Below, in pieces: positions 8,339 to 18,194 of a stretch of 32,000 nt of DNA (positions are counted from its first letter, which is position 1; every line of letters begins with the position of its first letter). Position numbers and translations under genes: made by a program. The notes under the pieces were generated by a model that made no database searches, was not told where the DNA came from, and saw only the letters and a program-made list of their open reading frames with translations. Origin of the DNA: Methanosphaera stadtmanae DSM 3091 (GTDB lineage: Archaea; Methanobacteriota; Methanobacteria; Methanobacteriales; Methanobacteriaceae); the NCBI RefSeq assembly GCF_000012545.1, contig NC_007681.1, positions 810,001-842,000 of the forward strand, given 5' to 3'.

Positions 8339-8811
8339 GATCCTGTAACTGGTGGATTTGAAGAATATTCAAAAGAATATGGTTATGAATCAAATGGACG
8401 TCCTATTCGAAGTGCAGTATAGTTATCATATGAATGATTTAATAAGTAATTATTTTTTAGATAGTTCTGAAACAAAATTAAAACATTTAAGACATTTGAA
8501 AGATAAATAATTAGTTGTAGAATAAATAGTTTCTTTAATTATGGTGCTATTTATTCTATTTTCTAATATTAATACCTATTTTACTATTTAATGGTAAAAT
8601 TTTTATATTAAGTATTATTTGTGTAAAATCTGATTTTAGAGTATAAATATTTTAAAAATTATTTTGTGAATATGACTTTTCTAGAAAACCATTATTTTAT
8701 AATAATTAATCATTAACTTTTATCATTTAAAATATTTATTATCCTTATAAATTTTAACTAAAATAAGATTTAACAGATTATAATATTATTAATCATAGAA
8801 TAAGTCCATTT

Positions 8812-8820
8812 CCCCCCCCC
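8812..8820. repeat. C9 homopolymer followed directly by T5
   Basis: The sequence reads tccatttCCCCCCCCCtttttatc, about 215 nt upstream of the giant gene's ATG. It stands out against the AT-rich background. Confidence 0.9.
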
Positions 8821-8911
8821 TTTTTATCTAAGAAAATATATTTATTTTCTAAAATTATTTAAAGTTAATTTAATTGAATTAAATTTAAATATAATATTTC
8901 TTAAATTAGTA

Positions 8912-8935
8912 ATAACTAAGGTATATCTTAGTTAT
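8912..8935. promoter_or_regulatory. inverted repeat (9-bp arms, 6-nt spacer) in the leader or promoter region of the giant surface-protein gene
   Basis: ATAACTAAG-gtatat-CTTAGTTAT has perfect arms and lies about 100 nt upstream of ATG 9035. The function is inferred only. Confidence 0.3.
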
Positions 8936-9034
8936 ATTTAAAATATATTTAATTTATTTTAAAAAAAGGAATAATGGGAAAAAACCATTGATTTCTATTA
9001 TTCTTTAAAAGAAATGGAGGAAAAGTGATTTAAA

Positions 9035-12000
9035 ATGAAGAATAAAATATTAATATCTTCTATATTTTTAATAGTATTATTATTTAGTCTTTCAACAATA
9101 ACGGCAGTAGACACTAATACAACAAATATGAATACAATAGAAAAACAAACAACAGACACGACAAAATCTACTCTAAACATAGTATCAAACAATGATAATA
9201 ATGAACTTAAATTTAATACAACAAAAAAAGAAATTATTCCAAAAAATAAGGAAATTAAAACAAAAACCAGTTCAATTAAAGAACATGGAATAGCTAACAC
9301 TAAAACTTTAAAGAAAAATAATGAAGTTAGTTATTATGTATCAACAACAGGATCAGATAATAATACAGGTTCAAAAGATAATCCATATAAAACAATACAA
9401 TATGCAATTGATAAAACAACAACAAATAATACATATAACATTTTCATTAAATCAGGAAATTATACCGGGGTAGGAAATACTAACTTAACAGTAAATGGTA
9501 ATCATAAAATTAACTTCATTGGTGAAGGTATCAATAAAACAATACTTGATGGAGAAGCAAATTATGTGATAGACCCTAATCCTGGTTATGTATGGGAAAG
9601 TTCAAAAATTTGGTGGCCATATATTAATGCTACAGGTAATTATGGAATGACTATAACAAAGGGTAATGGACATATTTCTATTTATAATTTATCAATAGCT
9701 CATATGTGGAGTCCTGGAGGAAGTAGTATCAGTGCATATCCTCATGCAACTATTGATAATTATGGAAATTTAAGCATAAACTCTGTAGAATTTCATGAAA
9801 ATTATGCAGGTGTAGGAGCAGGTGTTAGAAATAATTATGGTGCAACATTACTAGTTAATAATTCCCTATTTGAAGAAAATCGTAAAAGTAGTTCTACAGG
9901 AAATAATGGAATTATTTATAATAATGGTACAGCAACCATATTAAATTCATTATTTAATCATAATTATGCTCGTTGGGGAACAATATTAAATGATAACAAT
10001 ATCACTATGATAAATACAACATTATCTAATGGTATTGGTTATGATGGAAAGAGTGGTTATAAATATGGAAGTGGTTTTGCATGTAACTCTGGTGGGGCTG
10101 ACTTTTATTTACCAGGATTTTTCTTAACATACAATAATATAATCAATTGTACTTTTATTAAAAATGATCAAAGTGATATTTATGGTTATCAAGGAAACAT
10201 TTATGCTTATGGAAATAAATTTATTAATTCTACAGGTATTAGGTTAATTGATAGTCAAAATTCAAATATAACCTATAATATTATAAACAATTCAATGGAA
10301 GATATTGTAGAATCTACTATTAGTACTACTTTAACTACTGGTGCTAGAACATATGCTATTGATGCTCAAATTACTAGTAATAATTTGACTATAATAAATA
10401 ACACAATTTCAATGGATAGAGGTACTGCTATCAGTATAAAAAAAGGAAATATTATTAACAATACAATTATTATGTATGGTCCATCACATGTTATAAAAAA
10501 AGCTATAGAAGTTAGTGGATCTAATTCTACAATAACTAATAATATTATAAATGAATATATTGAACTTAAGGGAAATTCAAATATAATTACTAAAAACAAT
10601 ATAGAAACAACTTCAAACTATGCAATATCAGTATATAATTCTGCTATTAATAATACTATTGTAGAAAATAATTTAGTTTCTAAAGAATTAATTGGAGATT
10701 ATGCTGTATATGGAAATAATATAAAAAATACAATTATAAATAATACTCCAATGCCTAATAGTGATGATTTATATGTAAGTCCTATTGTTAATGAAGCAAG
10801 AAATGGAACTATGGATAATCCAACTTCTTTAACTGATGCACTAGAGAGAATAACAAGTACAGGTACAATATACTTATTTTCAAAAAATAAAAAATATGAC
10901 TTATTAAATTCAGTAATAATTAATGAAACAACTGTTAAAAATACAAAAACAGTACGTATCAAAGGAATTTTAAATAATACTCCTGTATCTGGAAATAACA
11001 AAACTCAACTATTTAATATAAAAGAAGGATTTACTGTAATACTGGATAATTTAAAATTTATCAATGGTACTTCATCGAATGGTGGGATAATATATTCAGA
11101 AGGAAATTTAACAGTAACTTCATCAATATTCCAAGATAGTTATGCAGACAATGGTGGGGCAGTATTTATAAATAAAAGTGGAAATCTTATATTAAAAAAT
11201 AACTCTTTTAAAAATATAAGTTCTCTAAATGAAACATTAATATTTAATTCAATAGGAAACAATCTATTAGAAAATAATACTTATGAAAATTGTGATATTA
11301 AATTAAAAAAATTTACAATAACAGCAAGTACTTCAAATCCAAATCCTATTCTAGTAAATAATACTATAACTGTTAATATAGATAATGTAATTCTAGAAAA
11401 TCCAACATATTATGATAGTAACATAACAAATAATATCAATTATAGTATTTATAGAAATGATATTTTATTAGATACAATTACTACAACTTCTTATACATTA
11501 AATTCAACAATACCTACTAATATTACAACATATATAATATCTAATTTTTCAAAAGAAAAATCAAATACATTAACATTTAATATAATTTACTTAAAAGCAA
11601 AAGCAATAACTTCAAACACTCCAACTACTATTGTGTTTATTAATGAGGATATACACATCACAACAACATTAATTGATGAATTTAATCAACCAGTAACTAG
11701 TGGAGTTATTAGTTATTATAATAATACAATCCTTATGGGTACAGTAGAAGTAATAAATGGAAGTGCAAGATTAACATTAAATAAAACATCTAATATTGGA
11801 ACAACAGAAATAACTATAAAGTATACTGATGCTAGTAATATCTATGAAAATCATACAAATAAAACATCACTTGTAATATTAGATAATGTATATGTAAGTT
11901 CAGAAGTTACACAACCAGCTTCAGGATCAATAGATAATCCAACAACACTTACTGATGCTTTATCTAAAATAAAAGATGAAAAAACAATATATTTACTTAA

Positions 12001-15000
12001 TGGGATTTATTATATAAATAATCAAATAACAATTAGTAAAAACACTACTAATGCAACGACATTTAATATTATTGGTCAAAAAGATGTAACATTTTTTGGA
12101 CAAAATAAATCATCCATGTTAAATATTACTAAAGATTTTACTATAAAAATTACTAATATTACTTTTAGAAATATAAATAAAGAAGGACTTTATGGTGCAA
12201 TAGTTAATATGGGAAAATTAACATTGATAAATACTACTTTTTTAAATAATTATAATGAATATGCTGAGGGTACTGCATTACATAACTATAATGGTACTGT
12301 TATAATAGAAAATTCATCATTTATTAATAACACTGGGAAAAATGGTGGAGTAATATTTTCAAAAGGTAATTTATCTATATCTAATACATTATTTACTAAT
12401 AATTCTGCAGAATATGGTGGAATAATTTATTCAGCAGGATATGTTCAAAGAATAATGTTATATCCAGGATTTTTCATATATAAAGTAATGTCTGGAAATC
12501 TTACAATATCTAACACTACATTTAATAATTCCATAGCAAAAGAGGATTATGGAGCAATATATTTCTTAGGAATAGATTTAGTATTAGAAAACAATACTTT
12601 TAGTAATATTCAATCAAAAAATGAAACAATAGTAATTAAAGAAATTACAAATAGAATTATGAAAAATAATGTGTATATTAACTGTTCTATAAACTCAACA
12701 ATTCAAATATCCTCTGATGCTACAAATCCATCACCTATGAAGGTAAATGATACTTTAAAATTCAATATAGATAATATAAAAATTAAGAATCCTAGAAATT
12801 ATGATGATAACATAACAAGTAGTATTAAATATAATATATATTTAAATAATATTAAAATTGACACAACAGATTATAATCCAAATTCATTTAATATAATACC
12901 TACAATACATGATACAGTAACATTATATGTCATACCTACATTTACTAAAACTAAATCAAACACACTTATTGATGTGGAAATATATGATCTTAAAAATACT
13001 ATTATTAAAGCAGAAAACACAGTAAGTTATAGTGATGAAAATACGACAATAAATATATCAGTAACTGATAAATTAGGAACATTAGTATCTGATGGTGGAA
13101 TAATAAGGATATATGAAAATAATATATTGTTAGGTGAAGCTCCAACTCACAATGGTGTAGCTATTATTAAAATAAATCCATTATCAACAGGAATACATAA
13201 TATAACTATAAAATATATTGGAACAGAAACGGGAATTTACAATAATCAAACAAACACATCATCTATATTCTCATTGGGAAAACATGTCTATGTAAGTCCA
13301 GATGTAACTGAAATACAAGAAGGTACATTATCTAATCCAACAACACTTAATGATGCTTTATCAAAAGTTGGAAACTATGGAACAATACATCTATTATATG
13401 GTACTAATGGAATATATTTCATTAATGAACCAATATATGTAGCTTATGGATATTTACATTCAACTACTAATAATATTAATATAATAGCTCAAAATAGAGT
13501 AATATTTGATGGTAGTGGTAATAATATGAGAATAATGAGTATAATTTATCGAAATGTATCTATGACTAATATCTCCTTTATCAATTCTAGATCAATAGTT
13601 AATAATGGAAATTTAACTTTAATAGATTGTATATTTGATAATAATACTGCAGAAATAAAAAATGGTGGAGCAATTGAGAATAATGGACATTTAATTATTA
13701 TAAATAGCACATTTATAAACAACAAAGCTATTAATGGTGGAGCAATTAGTAATGGGGGAACTATTGAAACAAAAGGAAAAATATTATTCAAAAACAATGT
13801 TGCAGAACAAGGTGGAGCAATTAGTAATAATAATTTTGGAAAAATAGATATGAATGGTGAAATTTTATTCATAAATAACACTGTTAAAGGAAATAATAAT
13901 GTCTATGCTGGAGCAATCTATAACTTAGGAAATATAACATTAACAGGTAACACTTTATTTATAAATAATACAGCAAGTGGTAATAGTATTATTTATGGTG
14001 GAGCAATTTACAACAAAGGAAATATAACTAGTATAGGAAATACTACCTTTAATAATAACAAAGTAATAGCAGTAACTGCAGGATCTGGAGGCTCAATATA
14101 TAGTTTAAGTGGTGTACTTATTTTTGAAGGAAACAACACCTTTAATAATAATGAAGCTACTACAAATGGAGGAGCAATACAATTACCAACTTCAAATACT
14201 AAATTAATATTAAATAACAATACTATATTTAGTAATAATAAGGCATATGAATCTGGAGGAGCTATGTCTATCTTGACAGCCCTATTTGAAATAAATGGAA
14301 ATATAACATTTAGAAATAATTCTGCAGATAAAGGTGGAGCATTATATTTAGTTGGAAGTAAATATATTCCACGTAAGTATAATATAGTAAATGCTATATT
14401 TTTAGATAATAAAGCATTTATTGAAGGTGGAGCAATTTACACAAATTACATAAATCTAACATTAGAAAATAATACTTTTACTAATATAATAAGTCCAAGT
14501 GAAACATTATTCCTAAATACTACAGGAACAAATATTTTATCTAATAATACATATATAAACTGTTCAATATTAACAACACCTATAATATTAAATTCAAACA
14601 AGTCCCCAAACTTTTTATTAAAAATAAATAGTACTATTATATTAATGCTTGAGCAATTTGAATTAATAAATCCTAGTTATTATGATAGTAACATATTAGA
14701 TAATGTTTCATATAATATATATAGAAATGATGAACTTATAAAAAATAGTGATTCAATGATATATAACTTAATAGTTGATACAGATAGACAGATAACTACA
14801 TATATTATTCCAAGTATTTTAAGTACTAAATCAAACATATTAACATTTAAAGTACAAAGTTATACTAATGTAATAATAGATCCAGTAATTGCACAAGTAG
14901 GCGATATAATTAATTTAAGAGCACAAGTAACAGATAGTGAAGGAAATCCAGTATCTAATGGACGTGTAATATTTAAAGTAAATGGTAAAACAATAAGAGA

Positions 15001-15490
15001 TAATAATGGAAATATAATTTATGTACAAGTAATTAATGGAATAGCTATACTTGAAAATTATAGAGTACCAACAACTTGGATAAAATCAAAACCAGTACTA
15101 AATGCAGTTTATGGTGGAAATAATCAATATATAACTGGAAGAACAAATAATACGATACCAATGAATATAACTAAGAAAGAAGTATCTATGACAATGACAA
15201 CAAACACTACAACAGTAAAACCAGGCCAAACAATAAAAATAACAGTGAAAATAACAGAAAAAGATACTAATGTAAATGAAGGACAGGTATTATTTAAGGT
15301 AAATGGTAAAACAATGAGAGATAATAAGGGATATATAGTCTACCATGAAGTTAAAGATGGACTAGTAACAATAACATACACAATACCAGAAAATGCCAGA
15401 GCACAAGACTATACATTCACATGTGTATATGGACACAAGTTATACAATAGAAACGATATAAACAGCACCATAACTGTTGTAAAAAACTAA
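9035..15490 (+). CDS. giant (2151 aa) secreted Asn/Thr-rich adhesin-like surface protein with four right-handed beta-helix/PMP-repeat modules and Ig-like domains
   Basis: A single uninterrupted ORF with a GGAGG ribosome-binding site. The signal/anchor is MKNKILISSIFLIVLLFSLSTITAVD. GGA[IVM] and FxNN motifs recur. The beta-helix cap motif YVS...NP(T/Y)..(L/I)..A(L/I) appears four times. Ig-like segments sit at the C-terminus. Confidence 0.9.
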   Translation: MKNKILISSIFLIVLLFSLSTITAVDTNTTNMNTIEKQTTDTTKSTLNIVSNNDNNELKFNTTKKEIIPKNKEIKTKTSSIKEHGIANTKTLKKNNEVSYYVSTTGSDNNTGSKDNPYKTIQYAIDKTTTNNTYNIFIKSGNYTGVGNTNLTVNGNHKINFIGEGINKTILDGEANYVIDPNPGYVWESSKIWWPYINATGNYGMTITKGNGHISIYNLSIAHMWSPGGSSISAYPHATIDNYGNLSINSVEFHENYAGVGAGVRNNYGATLLVNNSLFEENRKSSSTGNNGIIYNNGTATILNSLFNHNYARWGTILNDNNITMINTTLSNGIGYDGKSGYKYGSGFACNSGGADFYLPGFFLTYNNIINCTFIKNDQSDIYGYQGNIYAYGNKFINSTGIRLIDSQNSNITYNIINNSMEDIVESTISTTLTTGARTYAIDAQITSNNLTIINNTISMDRGTAISIKKGNIINNTIIMYGPSHVIKKAIEVSGSNSTITNNIINEYIELKGNSNIITKNNIETTSNYAISVYNSAINNTIVENNLVSKELIGDYAVYGNNIKNTIINNTPMPNSDDLYVSPIVNEARNGTMDNPTSLTDALERITSTGTIYLFSKNKKYDLLNSVIINETTVKNTKTVRIKGILNNTPVSGNNKTQLFNIKEGFTVILDNLKFINGTSSNGGIIYSEGNLTVTSSIFQDSYADNGGAVFINKSGNLILKNNSFKNISSLNETLIFNSIGNNLLENNTYENCDIKLKKFTITASTSNPNPILVNNTITVNIDNVILENPTYYDSNITNNINYSIYRNDILLDTITTTSYTLNSTIPTNITTYIISNFSKEKSNTLTFNIIYLKAKAITSNTPTTIVFINEDIHITTTLIDEFNQPVTSGVISYYNNTILMGTVEVINGSARLTLNKTSNIGTTEITIKYTDASNIYENHTNKTSLVILDNVYVSSEVTQPASGSIDNPTTLTDALSKIKDEKTIYLLNGIYYINNQITISKNTTNATTFNIIGQKDVTFFGQNKSSMLNITKDFTIKITNITFRNINKEGLYGAIVNMGKLTLINTTFLNNYNEYAEGTALHNYNGTVIIENSSFINNTGKNGGVIFSKGNLSISNTLFTNNSAEYGGIIYSAGYVQRIMLYPGFFIYKVMSGNLTISNTTFNNSIAKEDYGAIYFLGIDLVLENNTFSNIQSKNETIVIKEITNRIMKNNVYINCSINSTIQISSDATNPSPMKVNDTLKFNIDNIKIKNPRNYDDNITSSIKYNIYLNNIKIDTTDYNPNSFNIIPTIHDTVTLYVIPTFTKTKSNTLIDVEIYDLKNTIIKAENTVSYSDENTTINISVTDKLGTLVSDGGIIRIYENNILLGEAPTHNGVAIIKINPLSTGIHNITIKYIGTETGIYNNQTNTSSIFSLGKHVYVSPDVTEIQEGTLSNPTTLNDALSKVGNYGTIHLLYGTNGIYFINEPIYVAYGYLHSTTNNINIIAQNRVIFDGSGNNMRIMSIIYRNVSMTNISFINSRSIVNNGNLTLIDCIFDNNTAEIKNGGAIENNGHLIIINSTFINNKAINGGAISNGGTIETKGKILFKNNVAEQGGAISNNNFGKIDMNGEILFINNTVKGNNNVYAGAIYNLGNITLTGNTLFINNTASGNSIIYGGAIYNKGNITSIGNTTFNNNKVIAVTAGSGGSIYSLSGVLIFEGNNTFNNNEATTNGGAIQLPTSNTKLILNNNTIFSNNKAYESGGAMSILTALFEINGNITFRNNSADKGGALYLVGSKYIPRKYNIVNAIFLDNKAFIEGGAIYTNYINLTLENNTFTNIISPSETLFLNTTGTNILSNNTYINCSILTTPIILNSNKSPNFLLKINSTIILMLEQFELINPSYYDSNILDNVSYNIYRNDELIKNSDSMIYNLIVDTDRQITTYIIPSILSTKSNILTFKVQSYTNVIIDPVIAQVGDIINLRAQVTDSEGNPVSNGRVIFKVNGKTIRDNNGNIIYVQVINGIAILENYRVPTTWIKSKPVLNAVYGGNNQYITGRTNNTIPMNITKKEVSMTMTTNTTTVKPGQTIKITVKITEKDTNVNEGQVLFKVNGKTMRDNKGYIVYHEVKDGLVTITYTIPENARAQDYTFTCVYGHKLYNRNDINSTITVVKN
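9332..14869 (+). repeat. four tandem protein-level modules inside the giant gene, starting near 9332, 10772, 11891 and 13289
   Basis: Module heads are YYVSTTGSDNNTGSKDNPYKTIQYAIDK, LYVSPIVNEARNGTMDNPTSLTDALERI, VYVSSEVTQPASGSIDNPTTLTDALSKI and VYVSPDVTEIQEGTLSNPTTLNDALSKV. Modules 2-4 also share NNTY(E/I)NC...NP.(Y/N)YD.NI...Y(N/S)IY(R/L)N...SNTL/SNIL blocks. Confidence 0.7.
13600..14470 (+). other. densest run of polymorphic-membrane-protein-type repeats (GGAI ... FxNN) within module 4
   Basis: More than ten successive units, for example NGGAIENNGHLIIINSTFINNKAINGGAISNGGTI...AEQGGAISNNNFG...YAGAIYNLGNITLTGNTLFINNTA...YGGAIYNKGNITSIGNTTFNNN... Confidence 0.7.
14870..15487 (+). other. two C-terminal Ig-like (Big-type) domains
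   Basis: Paired segments VGDIINLRAQVTDSEGNPVSNGRVIFKVNGKTIRDNNGNIIY... and PGQTIKITVKITEKDTNVNEGQVLFKVNGKTMRDNKGYIVY... have a beta-sandwich-like pattern. Confidence 0.55.
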
Positions 15491-15508
15491 AAAAAAATTT
15501 TAATAAAT

Positions 15509-15528
15509 GAGAATTATATATAATTCTC
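15509..15528 (+). terminator. perfect 20-nt palindrome followed by a T-rich stretch, downstream of the giant gene
   Basis: GAGAATTATA|TATAATTCTC begins 19 nt after the stop at 15490. It is followed by gtctatttttcttttc. Confidence 0.45.
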
Positions 15529-15791
15529 GTCTATTTTTCTTTTCGGGTTTTCTAAAAAATATATTTCTATATTTAAAGAACTTAATTTTTAATAATATAT
15601 TCCTGCATCTATTTTGTAAAATATGAAATTTTAATTACTTCTCTATACTTTTTTTTCAATATATGGTGTGACAATTATTTTTATCCTATTACTTGTAAAT
15701 TTTTATTAGTTATATTATACAAAATATCGACAAATATTTAATAATTATAAACATATAACAACTAAATCATGTTGAAAAACACAAAAACTGA

Positions 15792-15831
15792 ATGTTGTAA
15801 ATTCACATTTTATGTTGCACATTCACATTTT
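15792..15831. repeat. tandem 20-nt direct repeat with 2 mismatches
   Basis: ATGTTGTAAATTCACATTTT and ATGTTGCACATTCACATTTT lie in the convergent intergenic region between the giant gene and the SDR gene. Confidence 0.7.
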
Positions 15832-15878
15832 CAAATAAAAAAAAGAAGGTGGGGATTTATAGATAATTTATCACATAT

Positions 15879-16640
15879 TCATGGTCTTAGACCAGATCCA
15901 CCTTGAAGTGTAATGGTTTCTCCGGAAATATAACTAGCAGCATCAGATGCTAAAAATAGACATGTTCCACCAATATCTTTTTCTGCATCACCAAATCTTT
16001 GTAATGGAATTCCTTGTATTGTTTTTTCAAAGAGTTCTGGATATTCTGCTTTCCATTGTTCTAATTGTTTTGTCATTACAAGAGGACAAACTACATTTAT
16101 ATTAATTCCATCTTTTCCCCATTCTGTAGCAGCAACTCTTGATAATCCTCTTATTCCTTCTTTTGCAGCAGCATATGATGATTGCCCATCTCTTCCAAAT
16201 AATCCTGCTCCTGATGCAAAGTTAATTACTGAACCTTTTGTTTCTTTAAGGTAGGGATAAGTGAATTTCATGAAGTTGAATACAGCATATATTCCAGATT
16301 TAATTGCTAAATCAAAGTCTTCTTGTGTATGTTCAACAAGTTGAAGACCAGATTTTGATGCTTGTGCATTGTTTATTAATACATCAATTCTTCCAAATTT
16401 TTCAATTATTTTATCTACTGCTTCTTTTACTTGTTCTTCATATCCACCATCAGCTGTTATAGGTAATACTTCTACACCATATTTTTCAAGTTTTTCTTTA
16501 GCACTTATTAATGTAGATTCTGTTCTACCAGTAATTACTATGTTTGATTTTGCTTTTGCAAATGCTGTTGCAATTCCAAATCCAATACCTTTTCCTCCAC
16601 CAGTTACTATTGTTACTTTTCCTTTCATATCATCAGTCAT
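15879..16640 (-). CDS. short-chain dehydrogenase/reductase (SDR) family oxidoreductase, FabG-like
   Basis: The cofactor-binding motif is TGGGKGIGFGIA (TGxxxGxG). NNAQ is in the NNAG position. The catalytic motif is SSYAAAKEG (YxxxK). Confidence 0.85.
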   Translation of the reverse strand: MTDDMKGKVTIVTGGGKGIGFGIATAFAKAKSNIVITGRTESTLISAKEKLEKYGVEVLPITADGGYEEQVKEAVDKIIEKFGRIDVLINNAQASKSGLQLVEHTQEDFDLAIKSGIYAVFNFMKFTYPYLKETKGSVINFASGAGLFGRDGQSSYAAAKEGIRGLSRVAATEWGKDGININVVCPLVMTKQLEQWKAEYPELFEKTIQGIPLQRFGDAEKDIGGTCLFLASDAASYISGETITLQGGSGLRP

Positions 16641-16985
16641 ATGATAGCCTCCATTATTTCTGATATTTCTTGTGGTAAATATAATTAGTGAAATTTATAT
16701 TTATCATGATTAATAATATACTAATTTTATTATATAAATTTTATTTATATATTCTAATTGAAAATTTCTAAAATAATCACTTTAAAATAGAAATTAGATA
16801 AAATACTTGCTTTTTTTTAAGTGTTAATATTTATAACTATTTTTAAGGAAATATTAGTAGATATATTGTTTTATCATGATTTTATTGTATAAGTTATATT
16901 AAAATATATAATAATTTTAAATAGTACATATAACTAAAGTAGTATTGTTTTTTAGAAAAAAAATTTTTAAGAAGGATTATGATAT

Positions 16986-18068
16986 ATGGGGGATAATAAA
17001 TCAAGAATTATATACATAGATCAATTACGTACAATAAGTATAATATGGCTTGTTTTAATAAATGTAGCCTTTATATTTAAGTGTCAAAACATGACAACAC
17101 TTGAGGAATATGTTTTATTTTCATCATTTGCATTTGGTGTACCAATATTTCTTATGTTACTTGGAGAATTAATGTTGGATAGGGATTATTCTAATCTGGA
17201 ATTTTTCTTTAAAAATTCATTCTTTAGAATTCTAGTACCATTTTTATTGTGGAATTCAATAATGGCAGTACTAGCAACATCATTAAATTATAGTAATTTT
17301 GGACTGAATATTGGAACACTAATAACATTTGCAAGTAATTTCATGACACAACATTGGTATGCATGGATGTTGTTGGGAATATATTTATCATTACCTATAT
17401 TAAGTGAATTTATAAGAAAATGGCAGTTAAAAGGAGCAGAATATTATTTGATACTTGCAATAATAGCTTCAATAATATATCAATGTCTTGCTTATGTTAA
17501 TTCACCTAGTTACTTTAATTTAACCTTCTTTATAGGACCATTAATCTATTTATTTTCAGGTTATTACTTGGAAAATAAGAAGATAAATTTAGATGATAAT
17601 AAACTTGTTATCATGGGACTTATATTAACTGTTATTTCAACAGCAATTATAATCTATGATATGATAGTTATAAATCATATGACTTTCACATTATTACTGC
17701 ATCATTATAATTTCTATACACATTCCTATCTTGATGTTAGTGTAATAGTACTAGTCCAAGCTACAGGTATATTTCTAGTATTTAAATATATCAATAAGGA
17801 TGTAAGTGGAATACTTCTTAAAATAAAAAATATATTACATAATAAATGGATTTTGGATTTTACAACATCTATAAGTAGATCCTGTTATGGAATTTACCTA
17901 ACACATCAGAGTATATTGATGTTATTAACTTTAATATTTAGTTTAGATCAAACAAATGAAATGTATGGAATACCCATAATTAGTATTGTAACATTAATAT
18001 CCAGCTGGCTTTTAATGTTATTACTTAAAAAAGTAGGAATTCCAACAAAATATATTGGTTATGATTAA
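16986..18068 (+). CDS. acyltransferase family 3 integral membrane protein (OatA/NolL-like)
   Basis: 360 aa and polytopic. The N-terminal signature RIIYIDQLRTISIIWLVLINV fits R..ylD.lRg.a...Vv..H-type family heads. About ten hydrophobic segments are visible. Confidence 0.7.
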   Translation: MGDNKSRIIYIDQLRTISIIWLVLINVAFIFKCQNMTTLEEYVLFSSFAFGVPIFLMLLGELMLDRDYSNLEFFFKNSFFRILVPFLLWNSIMAVLATSLNYSNFGLNIGTLITFASNFMTQHWYAWMLLGIYLSLPILSEFIRKWQLKGAEYYLILAIIASIIYQCLAYVNSPSYFNLTFFIGPLIYLFSGYYLENKKINLDDNKLVIMGLILTVISTAIIIYDMIVINHMTFTLLLHHYNFYTHSYLDVSVIVLVQATGIFLVFKYINKDVSGILLKIKNILHNKWILDFTTSISRSCYGIYLTHQSILMLLTLIFSLDQTNEMYGIPIISIVTLISSWLLMLLLKKVGIPTKYIGYD

Positions 18069-18194
18069 AATAAGTAGATTTTTTTCTCTATTTTTATTTT
18101 TTAGAGATTAATTATGTGTTTTATTTTCAAAAAAAAAATTTAAATTATGTCTTTATTAAAAGACGTATTTATATAAAACAATTCAGTGATTACT

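Noticed and set aside
8998-14220. Minus-strand ORFs inside the giant gene (8998-9300, 10366-10599, 10699-11001, 13546-13881, 14008-14220)
   Set aside because: They are hydrophobic I/L/F-rich translations typical of the antisense strand of A-rich coding DNA. They lie wholly within one uninterrupted 6.4-kb ORF that has clear domain structure.
13600-14470. Recurring GGTGGAGCAAT-type motifs at roughly regular spacing, considered as a DNA tandem repeat or CRISPR-like array
   Set aside because: The spacing is irregular and the units are imperfect. The whole stretch is in frame within the giant ORF. The periodicity is protein-level (GGAI/FxNN beta-helix rungs), not a DNA repeat array.
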